From assembly GCA_030704615.1 (NCBI GenBank), contig CM060733.1:36084001-36148000 (forward strand): DNA of 64,000 bases, read 5' to 3'. Numbering within the stretch: the stretch's first letter is position 1; each line of letters opens with the position of its first letter. Positions 1 to 12,532 of this stretch are shown here, one piece after another. The translations under genes and the position numbers were made by a program. The notes under the pieces were generated by a model. That model ran no database searches and was not told the DNA's origin. It saw only the letters and a list, made by a program, of their open reading frames with translations. This DNA is from Takakia lepidozioides. Taxonomy: Eukaryota; Plantae; Bryophyta.

Positions 1-79
1 GATGCGGTTTGGTACATGATGTCCAGGCTTGGCAATTTCAGCATTTACAGCCAGAAGGTGTTGAAGGTAAGAGGAGTAC

Positions 80-3000
80 CCCAGAGACGCTGATGATGTT
101 CTCACTGGATATGGAGGAGCCATACAGGCGAGCTGCACTCTACAGACCCTAGCAAGTCCAAATGCCAACCATCAAGGCTCGATAAAAGCCAATGAAGTGC
201 CCTTCCATCCTAAAGTTTATAAGAGTGCCAGAATGCATTATCAAACACCTCATCATACCTTCTGTATTCATGTTGGGAAGGATGGAAGAGGGACAAATGG
301 GACAGGCCCTGCGAGACAAAATATTCAAAAATGCTTAACTAAGTGTTATAGCTGTCACCTCCCCAACCTAGCATAGACAGGCAAAAAGCACAGGGTTCAA
401 AGGGGGTCCAATGATGACTCCATACAAGACTACCTGCAGCCAGTTCATCCCAGGCGATTAATATGTGGTGAGAATGATGATAGGGACTCTCACTTCAACA
501 GTAAACTAAAGAACAGATCTCATACCTGAAGGCAAGTGATTGCCCGCCGCAAATCACCATCTGAGACTTTGCTGAGTGTGGACAAGGCCTGCACTGACAG
601 GGACTCATTTAGTTTAGAAAATAGTTCCCACTGTGTTCTTCTTAATCTGTACACAAGCTTACATCGAGTAACCTGATTTTGCAGCTTCCCTCCACTTCAT
701 AAGAATTTCAGAATTCAATTACCAGGGGTTCCAGCATTGAGTTCTTACACTGGGGCCCTAAACTACATGCCTGAAGGAATTCAAGAGGACAGACCCTGCA
801 CCAGTTTGGACTTTGCAGCTAGAAGTTGGGAGAAAACAAGAAAGGCAGGAGAGCAGAATGGGAGCTGCTACCAGTGGCAAGTTCATTCTAGTCGTGCGAG
901 TTACCTTTGTAGCGTAATTCTAGCCTCCAGATTTCACAAATATACCAACAAGATTATTGAAATACCTCCAGATTCAGACCCAAGGAGAGTCCCAGCTATT
1001 AGCATTGTCTTGAGCCTCTTTTATTGGGAGCACAGATGTGCACTACTAATCTTTCGAATGTAGTCCCCCTTCAAGACTGAGACAGCATCTTGGGAACAAC
1101 TGCTGGGTCAATATAAGCCGTCCCTTTGGGTGGACCCAACCAGCAACCCGACCTAAGAAGTTTAATCAACCAATTCACAAACTACTATATCCATACTGTC
1201 GATTGGTGTGAACATGCATATTATCTGGAGAGGTTAGGAAGCACCACCTCAGGCTTCAGCTCTAGGCCTTCCTCTTGGCAAATGTACGATATGCGACGAG
1301 TCATGATGTCTTCGATCAGTGGTTTAAATCTGAATTTGGCACATCGTGATGCCAATGGCTCTATTATCCTGGCCAAAGCATCTCAAAACATGAGGTAAGA
1401 CACACACCATCTACTTGTTTAGGTGAAACACACTCCTGTTGATTAATACCCATTGGATCTTCCAGATTCTTCTCACTACACAACAACTTCAAAGCAAGCG
1501 AAAACTGTGAAAAGCAGCCAGAAAGGAAGAGGGAGTCACCGGCTGACATAGTTGCAGATGAAGCAGAAGCGGGTGACTTTGGAGTATGTTTCCATGGTGC
1601 GCCGCAATGCATTCTGATGAACAATACCGCAAAGGAAGTCTTCAGAGACCCTACCACCGGAGAATGACTTAATTTACACTGGGCTCTGTTGCCAAGACCC
1701 TGTGCCTAGTCTTGCTGGAGCAGAGAAGGAGAGAAGGGAATGGGGATAGGGATGAGCCTCTGACAGAAGAGAAATGAAATGAAATGAAATGGTGCTTTAT
1801 AACGTCCACGGAAAGCTCATAGAGCTTATGGGAAGAGAGAGAGAGAGAGAATGTACTCATAATTGCTGTAGCCTTGTGTCATAGACCCTGCACCCAGTTT
1901 GGGCGGAACAAGAGGAAACAGACACTACCTTTGTGAGGGGCTCACTCTAGTGGTGGGACTTACCTTGGTATAAATAATTGGTTCCGGTTTTCCAGATTTT
2001 CTCTAGAAAGCCCTTCCCCCAAGCATCAATTGCTGTGTGTGAGCTGCCCATCTAGACCCCAGCAGTGCCAGGGCTTTAGGATTAACCGGATCACAGAGAC
2101 CAAAACATTTGTCTTCAAATTCCTCCCCCACGTAAATCACCACATATACTTACTGCCATGCAACGTTGCATGATTCAAGTAGACTCTGGGGCTGTATTTT
2201 GCAGCCTCGAGAATTTGACAGTAGGTGAACAGAGGTGCAGGGACTATGTTCTTGATGGTCCTGAAGAGGGTTGCTCTCGCTCTCGATGAGATTACCCTGG
2301 ATAATGGATTTTGTCTTCAGGCCCCTCGCCATCAGGCGTTGACAATCCCCTTTCCTCCCTGCATCTGTTTTTTGTTCAAAGGTAGACTCCCTGCCTGAGT
2401 TAATTTCAGTCTAGTGCCAAGGGTAGGTAGGCAGAGAGAGGGAGAGAAATGTACTCATAAGACGTTGTTTGCCGTACCCTAGAGAGAGGGAGAGAGAGAG
2501 AGGGAGAGCAGGGCCAGAACAAGAATGTGTACAAGCCAGCTTTCCTGACACCTACAAATATTATTCATGTATCCGTGGTCAAGTCTTAGCGGTTTGTAAT
2601 TATACCTGAGCATCTTCAGTCATGGAATCTGCCTCATCTAAAATAATTATCTTGAAGGGGGGACATGGATACCCACTGCACACACAATCCCCACATGAAG
2701 AAGGCGGTGAAGATCTTGGAGAAGATACAGAATCTGACAACTGAACAACATGTACACAAAGCAAGCTTTTACACTACGAAAGAAGATTAAAACAACAACT
2801 GAAGAAAGGGACAGATGGAGAGCACACCACAATTGTCGACTAATGCTGCTGCCTCTCATTAGGCAATGCTCTCAATGCACCGAGTCCCCTGCAAGCTACT
2901 AATAGAAGTTGACAATGACAGCATTGGTGGAGAAAGGACAAACCTGACACCAGAACCAACTGCAACAGCAGCAAAGTCTTTGATCTTTGTTCGGACCACA

Positions 3001-4200
3001 TTGATCCCACGGTCATCACTTGCATTGAGCTCCAGTACTCTTGACTTGTAGAGCTCCTGTCTGTACTCACGCAGGAAAGAAAGCATTTGAAACCTAGAAA
3101 GTCAGAATCTTCTTAAATGATTTTGTTCAACATGGTCAGTCAGGTTGCAAAGAGCTTGGTGTGAATTCAGGATAGAGGGTCTTCGTGCACAGGTAACCAT
3201 GCACAATGGCTTTCATCTTCACGTCTATTTTGCTCGTCAAAACTTGAAAAAAGATCTCTGTCTCTCAATCACAAAAATGATTTACAGGTATTTGCAACTA
3301 AAGTGCGATTTGTTCTCAAAATAAACCCAAACACACCTTACTCATGATAATTGATCCCACGAAGCTAACCCTAAAATGTGGATGCTGAGTTCAAATCCAC
3401 AGAAAAGTGAAAAAACAAGTTAACTAAAAGTCTTCTCTGAATGTTTCATCACATAGCAGATTCTGGGGACAACGTATGTCAGTCCTACATTTACTACAAT
3501 CAGGGGGCAAGAGAGACATCTCACCCAAAAAGCTGATGAGCAATTGCTAGTGCAGTGGATGTTTTGCCAGTGCCAGGAGGCCCATAAAACAGTAGGTGTG
3601 GTAACTGCATGCCTTTCCCCCTCACCCAACTCAGTATTCTCCCTCTCTGTCAAGCCCCCTCAACTCGCAGACCATGAAATTAGCTTCAAACAGGAACATT
3701 CATACTGTGATTGTGACAACAGCTTCATTATAGTCAAGGAAAAACGCACATTTCCAGTTTCCAGCGTGTTAGTGAGTGTCCGCACAACCTCCTCTTGATG
3801 TGCAACGTCCTTTACCTGCCTGGGCCGACTGCCATGACATCCAACCCCCTAACTTAAGCTACTATCAAAGATAGACATTGGCATGGAGAGTCCTCCAAAA
3901 CCCTATCGACTAATTTCACATTCACCGAAAGAGTCTGAGGAGACCCTCAGCAGTGGCAACCCCTAACCATCGTACCCCCCAAAAACCCAAAACGCGCAAC
4001 TCCACATACATACTAAGCAAAAAATACATGTACCTGCATTCGCGCAGAGGAAACGCGATCTACGAAGAGGTAAACGTCATTACACTCAAACAAACTGGTG
4101 GAAGGATTCCCAAACCTGAAAACTTCGGTACAAGCGACTGGAGTAATTTCACTTACTACTTTTCAACCCACTGCTGCGTGCTGTGCATGACGGGCGCCAT
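80..4200 (-). CDS. RFC4: Replication factor C small subunit (RFC4 type), spliced; 3' end lies outside the window
   Basis: Exons with GT-AG borders: 4200-4157 ([15 protein letters not shown]), 3828-3750 ([15 protein letters not shown]), 3604-3525 (Walker A GPPGTGKT), 3060-2944 ([15 protein letters not shown]), 2675-2606 (Walker [10 protein letters not shown]), 1613-1540 (ALRRTME), 1368-1248 (SRC motif), 588-526 (GDLRRAIT), 139-80. Confidence 0.95.
1851..2395 (-). mobile_element. 5'-truncated LINE 3' end in an RFC4 intron
   Basis: Aligns by eye with 27085-27545 (shared blocks ctctagaaa.ccctt...aagcatcaa, cagcctcgaga, tgttcaaaggtagact), which encodes a LINE CCHC finger. Abuts a (GA)n tract; a second terminal fragment sits at 2448-2480. 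Confidence 0.65.
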
Positions 4201-5221
4201 CTCTCGCCCTTCCCCTTCCTCTCCCCTCAAGGAGAAATACCTGCGTCCTGCAACAGCGCGAGTTGTGGCGGGAAGCAGAGGAAGCAGTGCGGATGAAGCC
4301 TGTTACATCCCTCATCGTCGTCCTCATCTCTACAGCAACCACGGATGTATGAATGCATGTAGCGATGGATGGCGACCACCTTTCACAATACGAAAAGGTC
4401 AAAAGAAGGAGGAACAGTGCAGGATGGATTGGGTGCAAGACGATACGTGGTTCGTGCAACGTGCATGGCAACCCAACCCCCCATGACAGATCGCTCACTC
4501 CTCGTCTCATGTCTCTCCTTGTCCCTCTCTTTCCTTTGACACAAAGTATGGACAAGTTTCAACCTTTCTCTGATCTTTCTGTCTCTCTGGACCTGACGGG
4601 AGCAAACTTCCAAGTTTCCTTTGATGCAACCTGGAGGCTGTCTGGACCTTGAACGACGGCTTGTGTAGACCTTTGTAAAATCTTTGCATAGAAATCGGGC
4701 CAAAGTTTGTTGCACTCCTCTTTGAGACTTCTAGTTAGTGAGTGTGGACGCAGCGGCCAATGGGTGTTGGTCTCGTGATCACACAACCTTTGTGGACTCT
4801 GTATGCAGTAACGATTACGCTCAAGTGGCGGGCTTTCATCTCAGTTCTTTCAATTGTTTCCATAATTGTGGAATCGTTCAGTTAGCTAGTGCGTCAATCA
4901 CTGTGTCTGAAAGGCGTTCCACAAGATGGAGATGTTCTTGCCAGAGTAAGAAGTGCTCACTGGCGCGTGGGTGGTCGGAGGCCCGAATTCTGAAAAAGGG
5001 CTGTCCAAAATCAGTGAGCATCCTAGCCTAGTCCCGTGCCCTGTGGCGGCCCCAACAGATTCAAGATACTGAACAATACGAGCTGATCAACAACATTGCT
5101 CGCTGGTTACAGATTTACTATAGCTAGAAGTCCTATCTTATTGGGTCAACTGCACAGTCACATACGTGAAGAATCAAGACGTGATACTCGTCGGTGTATA
5201 TCCAGTGCACAATCAGGCCCC

Positions 5222-7786
5222 ATGGGCAGATCGGACGAGAGAGAAAAAGAGAAGACGGGCTTCAGGTCCCATGATATTGAGCTGAGTAGCTGGAGCGGGA
5301 TAGCTTATTCCATTCAGAAGAAGTTTGTAGGACGGAAAACAAAGGAGAATTTTATGCTTTATGTATTGCTGTGTATAGCGGGGTTTACATTTCTACAGTT
5401 CTTTGTTTACCAAAAGAGATCGAGTGACATTCGGGGCTCAGAGCTCCATGGCCTTCATAGTGCAACTACGGCGTATAATGCAGCATTTCTCCAAACCAAG
5501 AGCAGCCAGTGGAAACAATCACGGAAAGGTATTGTCCAACCATCTTTTTCCGAACAGTCTTGTTCAACAGGAATCACTGATCAGTTAGACTTCACACCAG
5601 CCCTCAGATACATTCTGCAGCATATGGGACTCAACAAGCTGTGACCAGGAGATGGAGCGGATACATGTACCTGAACACAGCAGTTTCTCTCTTCTCTCTC
5701 TTTCTTTCTCTCTCTCTCTCTTTAAGTGCTCCAGGCTACGGCAAACGTCAAGATTATATTCACATGAGTATATTCATTCTCTTGTAGAGCTCCATTGATT
5801 CCAATCGTTTGGTTTTCTCTTATTCTCGTACTGTGCACATAGGCCTGGCAAAGGCGTTGAAGTTGCTTATTCTCTCTGTGCACATCGTCTGACCCCGTTA
5901 AAGCTATATTTTATTCGTAACTAGGTGGTGCAAGACGTCCTGAATTGGTTTCAGACGTTGAGAGTAACTCGAACTTAGGCACAAAGGCTGCCAAGATTGC
6001 TAGAATGCAGAAGACCGTGAAAGAAGCTGCTGTATGCATGAGTTCTAAGTTACTGGCCGCCTCTTATGGTTCGGACTCCGAGGTGGACATCATGAAGGTT
6101 AGGACCGACTGCTTTCAAACGGCCTTGGTAAGCCAACAAGAGGAAGAAGAACTCGAGGAGATGGACAATGGGCGACAGGACTACTCTGTAATTCAGCAGG
6201 ATAAACACGAAACTGTACCTTATACAGGGACATCCGATCAGATAGCAGTATCATCAGATAATAAATTGCCAGAGGAGGTGCAAGATGCCGACACTTTCCT
6301 ACCCCTTAAGGACGTAGAGGAACAAGGGCTAACAGACACTGACCGTAACTGGTTCATGAGCTCTATTAGAGGCAAGCCTGGAAATGGTTTTGCAGAAGCT
6401 TTCGACTTCCCAAGGGAGCAGTCAGAGGGAAAGCTTCTCTGTGTTAAAGGAACCGACACTACAGATGGCACTCGGAACAGCTATGGGTTCCTGGATAAAC
6501 AGAAATTACCGCCTGGATCGACCCTCCTCAGTGGCGTGACTCTGATTGCTGATAACTATTGGGACTACGAGAACCCTTGGCACAGTATGTCGGCCATGAC
6601 AAATTTTGCAACTTGGCGGGCAATGAATGAGTGCGTGATTCCTGAACGTGTGGTGCTTTATCACTGGGGACAGCTCGTGACAGGCATGGGATCCTGGATC
6701 AGCAATGTGCTGCATGCAAGTCTGGGTAGGCACATGGAAGTAGACTCCCTCAACTATGGGGACGGTCCCGTTTGTTTTGAGCGAGCAATCGTGCACCGCC
6801 GGGGCTTGGGAGGAATCTCGCCAAGCAATATGCACGACCTGTTTTCTGTGGTTCGCTGCAAGGTTCGAAAGTTTTGTGGGATCACAGCGGGAAATGGCGA
6901 CATTGCTTCTACAGTGAAAGGGCAGTCTGTAGAAATCACAATTCTTACAAGAGAAGGGGCGCGAGCTTTCTCAAATGCTTCCGGCGTAGCTGCCGTCGTG
7001 GAGGGCGAGTGTAAGAAGGTGAAAGGATGCCGTTCACGTGTTCAGAACATTGGGGATCTCACCTTTTGTGAGCAGGTAATACTGCAACCCTGGAGGATTC
7101 ATCACGGGTAGACAATCTTTCATGTTGTCAAGATGCACGGTAGGAGTGAAGCTTTAGGGTCATGCAGAGAGTCAGAGATCTCAAACTGGAGACTGAGGCA
7201 AAGGTAGAGATGCGTGGAGTAAAGGGAAAAATTAGCATGCATGTTCAAAACTCGGGCCCGGCTGCCTGGAGCAAACCTCCTCCTATCAGTTATACTTCAC
7301 TTGAACCATCTGTTTGCTGCGGACTTCATCGTTCAACTTGTAAGTATCTTGGGTGGCATACTGCAGGTGGGGTTGATGAGCAGCACGGACGTGTTAGTTA
7401 CAGCGCACGGAGCTCAAATGACCAACATGATGTTCATGTCAGCCGGAGGAAGCGTCATGGAAATGTATCCCAAAGGCTGGCTGGAGTTTGCTGGCATTGG
7501 GCAATACATCTACCAGTGGCTCTCTGACTGGGCCCAAATTGTTCACGAAGGTGCTTGGCGGGACACAGAAGGGCCCGATTGTCCCTACCCTCCACACGAA
7601 GAGTTGAAATGCTTACTGTTCCATAAGGATATGGAAGTGGGCTTGAATGCCACACACTTAGCCCAGTGGACCGATCAAGTTCTGCATAGATTTCTGGAGA
7701 GAAAGGCTGATTTGCAAGAGAAGGGCGGGATCAGCAGTGACGATGATCATGTTTGCCTTTGTGATGACGTTGACAAATTTTACTAA
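5222..7786 (+). CDS. Glycosyltransferase family 61 (DUF563) type II membrane protein, 3 exons
   Basis: Exons 5222-5528, 5925-7075 and 7367-7786 with phase-compatible GT-AG junctions. N-terminal TM (FMLYVLLCIAGFTFLQFFVY), NPWHSM, VCFERAIV, and TFCEQV...HGAQMTNMMFM...VMEMYPKGW motifs. Confidence 0.88.
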
Positions 7787-8289
7787 ACGTACAAGTTTCT
7801 GACAACACACAGTGGACATGAATTTTTCTTTGAATGCATCTCTTCTTGTGGATCCAGCTCCCTGTCCTCATTCCTCTTCCTTGCTCCTTCCAACACACAA
7901 ATCAATCTCATAAGTTTGGCGCTCTCCAATCTTCCTTCATGATCTATATGAGCACAAAGATATGGAGGCTCCAAATGAAGCCATCCAAAATCAATAAATT
8001 TGCAAGTCCATCCGGTGCCGGAGTGATGCCCAATCCTCATAATCCCCCTGCAAATTTTTGGCGAAAAATATCAAAAAATCTTGCCATGACTGACTCTACA
8101 AATCACTCCACCAACTGAGCAGGGCTCAAACCCGCTTTTTGCCCCATATATGTATAGAGTCCCCGCAGCATACCGAGAAACCACCTCATTTCCCCAACTC
8201 CACATATATGCCGCTGCACCATCCCACCTCTCTTGAAAAGAATCCATGACCAAACAATGACTCTCCCAATCAAAGATATGAATCCCCCA

Positions 8290-9160
8290 CATACACATAT
8301 CAGCCCAATAACAACCCTTGTCCAGTCATACACATCCCACCCCTTGTACAAACTAGCAACAGGAAAAACAGATGAGAAAAATCACCAACCCACCAAAAGT
8401 CTTCATGTACCCACCGCCGAGGTTGATAGTAGCTCCCATCCCAAGAAAGGTGAGCTGAAGGCAAAATCTAGCAATTGACCTTTTGCTAGTGTCAAGCAAA
8501 AAATTGTACCATGGTGCTATCACTTGCGTGTCTTTGTTTGCACACTATAGGCCCCTCTCAATTGATCATGCACATCTACACCATGCATAAAACATTGGTA
8601 CTGCAGGTGCATTGGGCTTGAGGGAATTTGCACTCGAGCATTGCCCACAAACCTTCGCCACAAACCTTCGCACTATCATTGGAGAATAAGGCCTAGCAAC
8701 AGGTCTGGCTGCACTGGACAGAAGGTACATTGCCTTCTTATCCCAATACACCACAGCCTTGTCCTCATGCATCTTGAACCAAAATTCTCCCCGTATTCCA
8801 GTCTTACTCTTCTTTTTAAGCGTGAGCTTACGAGGAGCCCCTTGCGCTTGGCCCGCTAGCACGTCCCCTAAGTACCAGATTGTGCAAGTTGTCCGTAACA
8901 ACTACATGACCCACCCTATGTAACCCACAAAGCAGGCGCATGACCACATCATAATCTTCCCCACCCCACTCTTCTCTCTGGCCAGACTTGTAGGCCTACC
9001 ATCCTTGCCACACTATCCATTGTATACATAGTTGGATACTGAATGAGCCACCATAATTTTATCCCCCACCTCATAGGTTTCTAATTTGGCATATACTGCC
9101 TGGCACAGTACTTGCCTTTGAAGTTTCACGATCCCCCTGAAACGTTGTCTCGGCTGATTC
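8290..9160 (-). mobile_element. Degenerate piggyBac-like (DDE_Tnp_1_7) transposase remnant
   Basis: Minus-strand motifs in the expected order across frameshifts: FKGKYCARQYMPN*KPMRWGIKLW, HVVVTDN, RGE..FKMH...VYWDKKAMYLLSS, YQCFMHGVDVHDQLRGAYSVQTKTRK**H (KWW). Confidence 0.78.
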
Positions 9161-9254
9161 CGACTCCACAACTTTGCATTCATTGCCTCATCATCGCCAT
9201 GTGGCTCAATCAACCAATCCTCATCTACACCGAAGTCATATTCCCAATCTCTCT

Positions 9255-9540
9255 CTCACAAACAGAATGGAACAAAGGGGATGATTTGGAAAGAGATCCG
9301 TCGCTAATAACCTTATTAGAGGCCTAACTAAGCAGAATATGAACCCAAGACAAGAAACTACCCAGGACACCAATTTTGGCAAAAGTCCGCATCAAGATGT
9401 CAATATTATCAAAAGCCATCTCAAAATGAAACATCAACAAAGCTAAGGGCTGATTGATGAATTCTGCGAGATCAATGGCTTCATTGACTAGAGGGATGTT
9501 ATCCAAAATGTAAATGTAAAATCACTGCCTAGGTACAAGC
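9255..9540 (-). mobile_element. LINE (L1-like) reverse transcriptase fragment
   Basis: ORF 9324-9506 DNIPLVNEAIDLA..NQPLALLMFHFEMAFDNID resembles the LINE RT DNI....E......LDFEKAFD region. Confidence 0.7.
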
Positions 9541-9650
9541 AGAAGGCCAGACCGATGAATGATATCTGGCTCTACCAATTTGTAGTGATAATCTACAAAA
9601 CGACAAATCGTTCGACACACATTTTGTCCAACTCCAACCCTCACTACAGT

Positions 9651-9762
9651 TCTAGCGACGACCGAAGGTCGGAAGCTAGTTTAGCATAGAGCGGAAATAG
9701 GGTGCCATAGTGCCACGTCATCGTCGCCACATCATCGTAGCCAGGTCATCGTAGACACGTCA
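9651..9762. mobile_element. Helitron-like terminus (hairpin plus CTAG) with subterminal gccacgtcatcgt repeats
   Basis: tctagcgacgaccgaaggtcggaagctagt contains the hairpin cgacc-gaa-ggtcg and reads ...gtcgCTAG on the minus strand. The adjacent sequence is shared with 50614-50660. Confidence 0.55.
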
Positions 9763-10600
9763 GAGGGTTACAGAGGTGGGGGTTACAGAGGGTTACAGAG
9801 CGTTACATGGGTTACAAAGGGTTACAAGGGGTTACAGGTGAGGGTTACAGAGGGTCCTGGGGGTACATGGGTTACAAAGAGTTACATGGGTTAAGAGGGT
9901 CACAGAGGATTACATGGGTTGCAAAGTTTAACATAAGATTACATGGACTGAGGGTTACATAGGGGTGGGGGTGACACTCTGCGGTGCTACAGAGGGTTAC
10001 ATGGTGGTGAGGGTTACACCTAGTGAGGATTACAGAGGGTTACGAAAGCCATCGAAAGGCAGCCGGCTAAGCTCGGTCAATCCCTCCCCACCCCCGCTCT
10101 CATCCCATCGGCGTTGTCATCCCCGGATCGTCGTCGTTCTACGACACCAATCCGCCAGTAACCACGAACCACCATGTAACCCTCTGTACAACCCATATAA
10201 TCCCATGACCCTCTGTAACCCTCACTAGGTGTAACCCTTTGTAACACCGCAAAGTGTCACCCCCACCCCTATGTAACCCTCACTCCATGTAACCCTCTGT
10301 AAAACTTTGCAACCCATGTAATCCTTTGTGACCCTCTGTAACACCGCAAAGTGTCACCCTCACCCCTATGTAACCCTCACTCCATGTAACCCTCTGTAAC
10401 CCTCACCACCATGTAGCCCTCTGTAACCCATGAACCCTCTGTAATACCGCAGAGTGTAACCCTCACCCCCATGTAACCCTTTGTGACCCTCTATAACCCT
10501 CACCACCATGTAAACCTCTGTAACCCATGTAACCCTCTGTAACACCGCAGAGTGTCACCCTCACCCCTGTGTAACCCTCACTCCATGTGACACCGCAGAG
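9763..10600. repeat. Foldback (large inverted repeat) made of GGGTTAC/GTAACCC minisatellite units
   Basis: Left arm (about 9763-10042) is gagggttaca/catgggttac units; right arm (about 10173-10600) is the reverse complement; about 9895-10040 aligns to 10210-10335. Spacer about 130 bp. Confidence 0.85.
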
Positions 10601-11361
10601 TGTTCATTCTCTGTGTATGAGGTGGTGCATGTTGTGGAAGAAAAGCTAAGGGGCTACATAGGCTAGGGCTTGAAGACAACAAAAGCAACCACTTGGAGAG
10701 CATCAAGAAGCTCTAGATGACTCCAAAGGAAAGCATGTGGGTGAGAATTCTATCCATGATGATGTGAAACCAAGCCTAGAGTATTGAAGAGCTTGGAGCA
10801 CATGTGGGAGATCATTGGAGGTGGTCTTCATGAAGAAAGGAGATTGTGGCTCACGGCATGCATAACAACTTCAACCATACATTAGCATGTGACAAGACAA
10901 GGAAGGGGAAGGTGAAGCTCATGTATTCATTCTTTTTTTGCTTAAGTTTTGTGGTGGATGGTTGATCAAGCAAGTGATGCTTATGTGGAGCATGCTCTTT
11001 AGGGCTTGTGACTTCAAGTTTGAGAAGATGAGCTCTTGAATAGAGGTGTGGATACACATTATGATGAATGAAAAGAACACTGACGTCAAGAGGTGGAAGT
11101 GTGTGTGACTAGCCCATGCAAGGGAAAGCACATGGAAGATGACATACAAAATTCAAATTCAAGCAAGGCTTGGCGCTTGTCATTGGGCACATTAGCTTGC
11201 TATGAGTTCCAAGGAGATCAAAAAGAACTTGTCAATTTGGGATGAATGCATTGCAAAGTAAGATAATGCAATCTTGCATGCAGTTAGGGGGGAAGATACC
11301 ATGAAGAAGGTGTTTCTTACTATACTCTACAAACCCTAGTCTCCATACTCTTCAAGAAACT

Positions 11362-11565
11362 GTGTATGGGCTCCCTCTGCCCATCATACACTTTTGTGAA
11401 CAATGTATGGAACCCCTCTGCCCAACATACACTTTGTGAACAAAGTATGGGCCCCCTCTGCCCAACATACGTTTTTGTGAACAGTGTATGGGCTCTCTCT
11501 GCCCCACCATACCCTTTTGTGAACGGTGTATGGATGCAAGTGGAGAGACTTTGCCTACCATACGT
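11362..11565. repeat. Tandem array of ~40-bp partly palindromic units (4-5 copies)
   Basis: Unit gtgtatgggctccctctgcccatcatacacttttgtgaac repeated with small variation. Confidence 0.85.
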
Positions 11566-11609
11566 TTTCATTAAAAGTGTATGACATCTAGGGTGTATCT
11601 GGAGGAGTA

Positions 11610-11935
11610 TTGCCTTTGGAGGATCTTTGGGGGGTCCTTTGAGAAGCTTTTGTAAGACACTTGAAGAGCTCTTGAAGGGGTGTTTGGAGGACTATTGGGG
11701 GTCTTTGAAGACCAATATTTGGCAAACATTTGGAGCTTTAGAGGGCTATTTGGAGGACTATTTTGGGGTCATTGGAGGCTAATATTTGGCGAGCTTAAGG
11801 AGTCTTTGCCAACTTGTCTGAAGGACTTTTTGGGGTCCTTGAGGGCCAAGATTTGGCAGGCTTTGGGGGCCTTAGTGAGATTGTTTGAGAGACATCTTGA
11901 GGGCTCTTGGAGAGTTTTTTGAGAGACCCTGGAAG
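11610..11935. repeat. Degenerate tandem repeat (~60-bp units) in LTR-like sequence
   Basis: Recurrent tttggaggactattgggggtctttgaag...atatttggc blocks. Confidence 0.6.
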
Positions 11936-12532
11936 GTAGTTCTGTCTGTTGGTCATGAGCAAGAGTGTTTAGAGATAAGGGGAGACTAGTGGGATGAGAG
12001 CATTCTGGGATTAGGAATTGCTTTAGTTTCTCTTCCTTGTAGTCTTCTACCCTCTATGTAGGCCAAAACCTTTCCATAGGTAGAGGCAAAAGTCAGTCCG
12101 GGTTTGGGCTGGGGTGTCCTTGCAGGAACGACACTGTGGAGTGTTTTTTTTGGTGTGGGGGAGTTACTGTCTTGATTTTCTTGTGTTTGGATCCCCCCCG
12201 CACCTGCATGCTTGACTGTGCGCCATGTCAGTTTTGTGTGGGCACTTGTTTTCATAGGAGGTTGGTCCGGATTTGATCACTGGCCAATCCTAGAGCATGC
12301 TGTCGGTGGTGAGGCTGGGGTGATGATCAGTCAGACCACCATTGTTTCTCTTATGGTGAGGCTAGGTTGATGACCAGCAGACCATATGAGTGCTTGCAGT
12401 GGATGCAAGTGCAGGTTTATGTCACGAACCTAGTAGTCTAAGCCATAAGCCACAACAGGTTCTCTACCGGTTACCTTGTGGAAAGGGGGATTAGAGACAG
12501 GTTTACAACAGGTGTGGTTGTGAGTTTTCATC

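Noticed and set aside
9763-10600. Interstitial telomere or chromosome fusion site
   Set aside because: Units are GGGTTAC-based with unique interruptions, not TTTAGGG arrays.
11362-11565. Palindromic ~40-bp repeats resembling a CRISPR array
   Set aside because: No unique spacers; units are contiguous; eukaryotic TE context with no cas genes.
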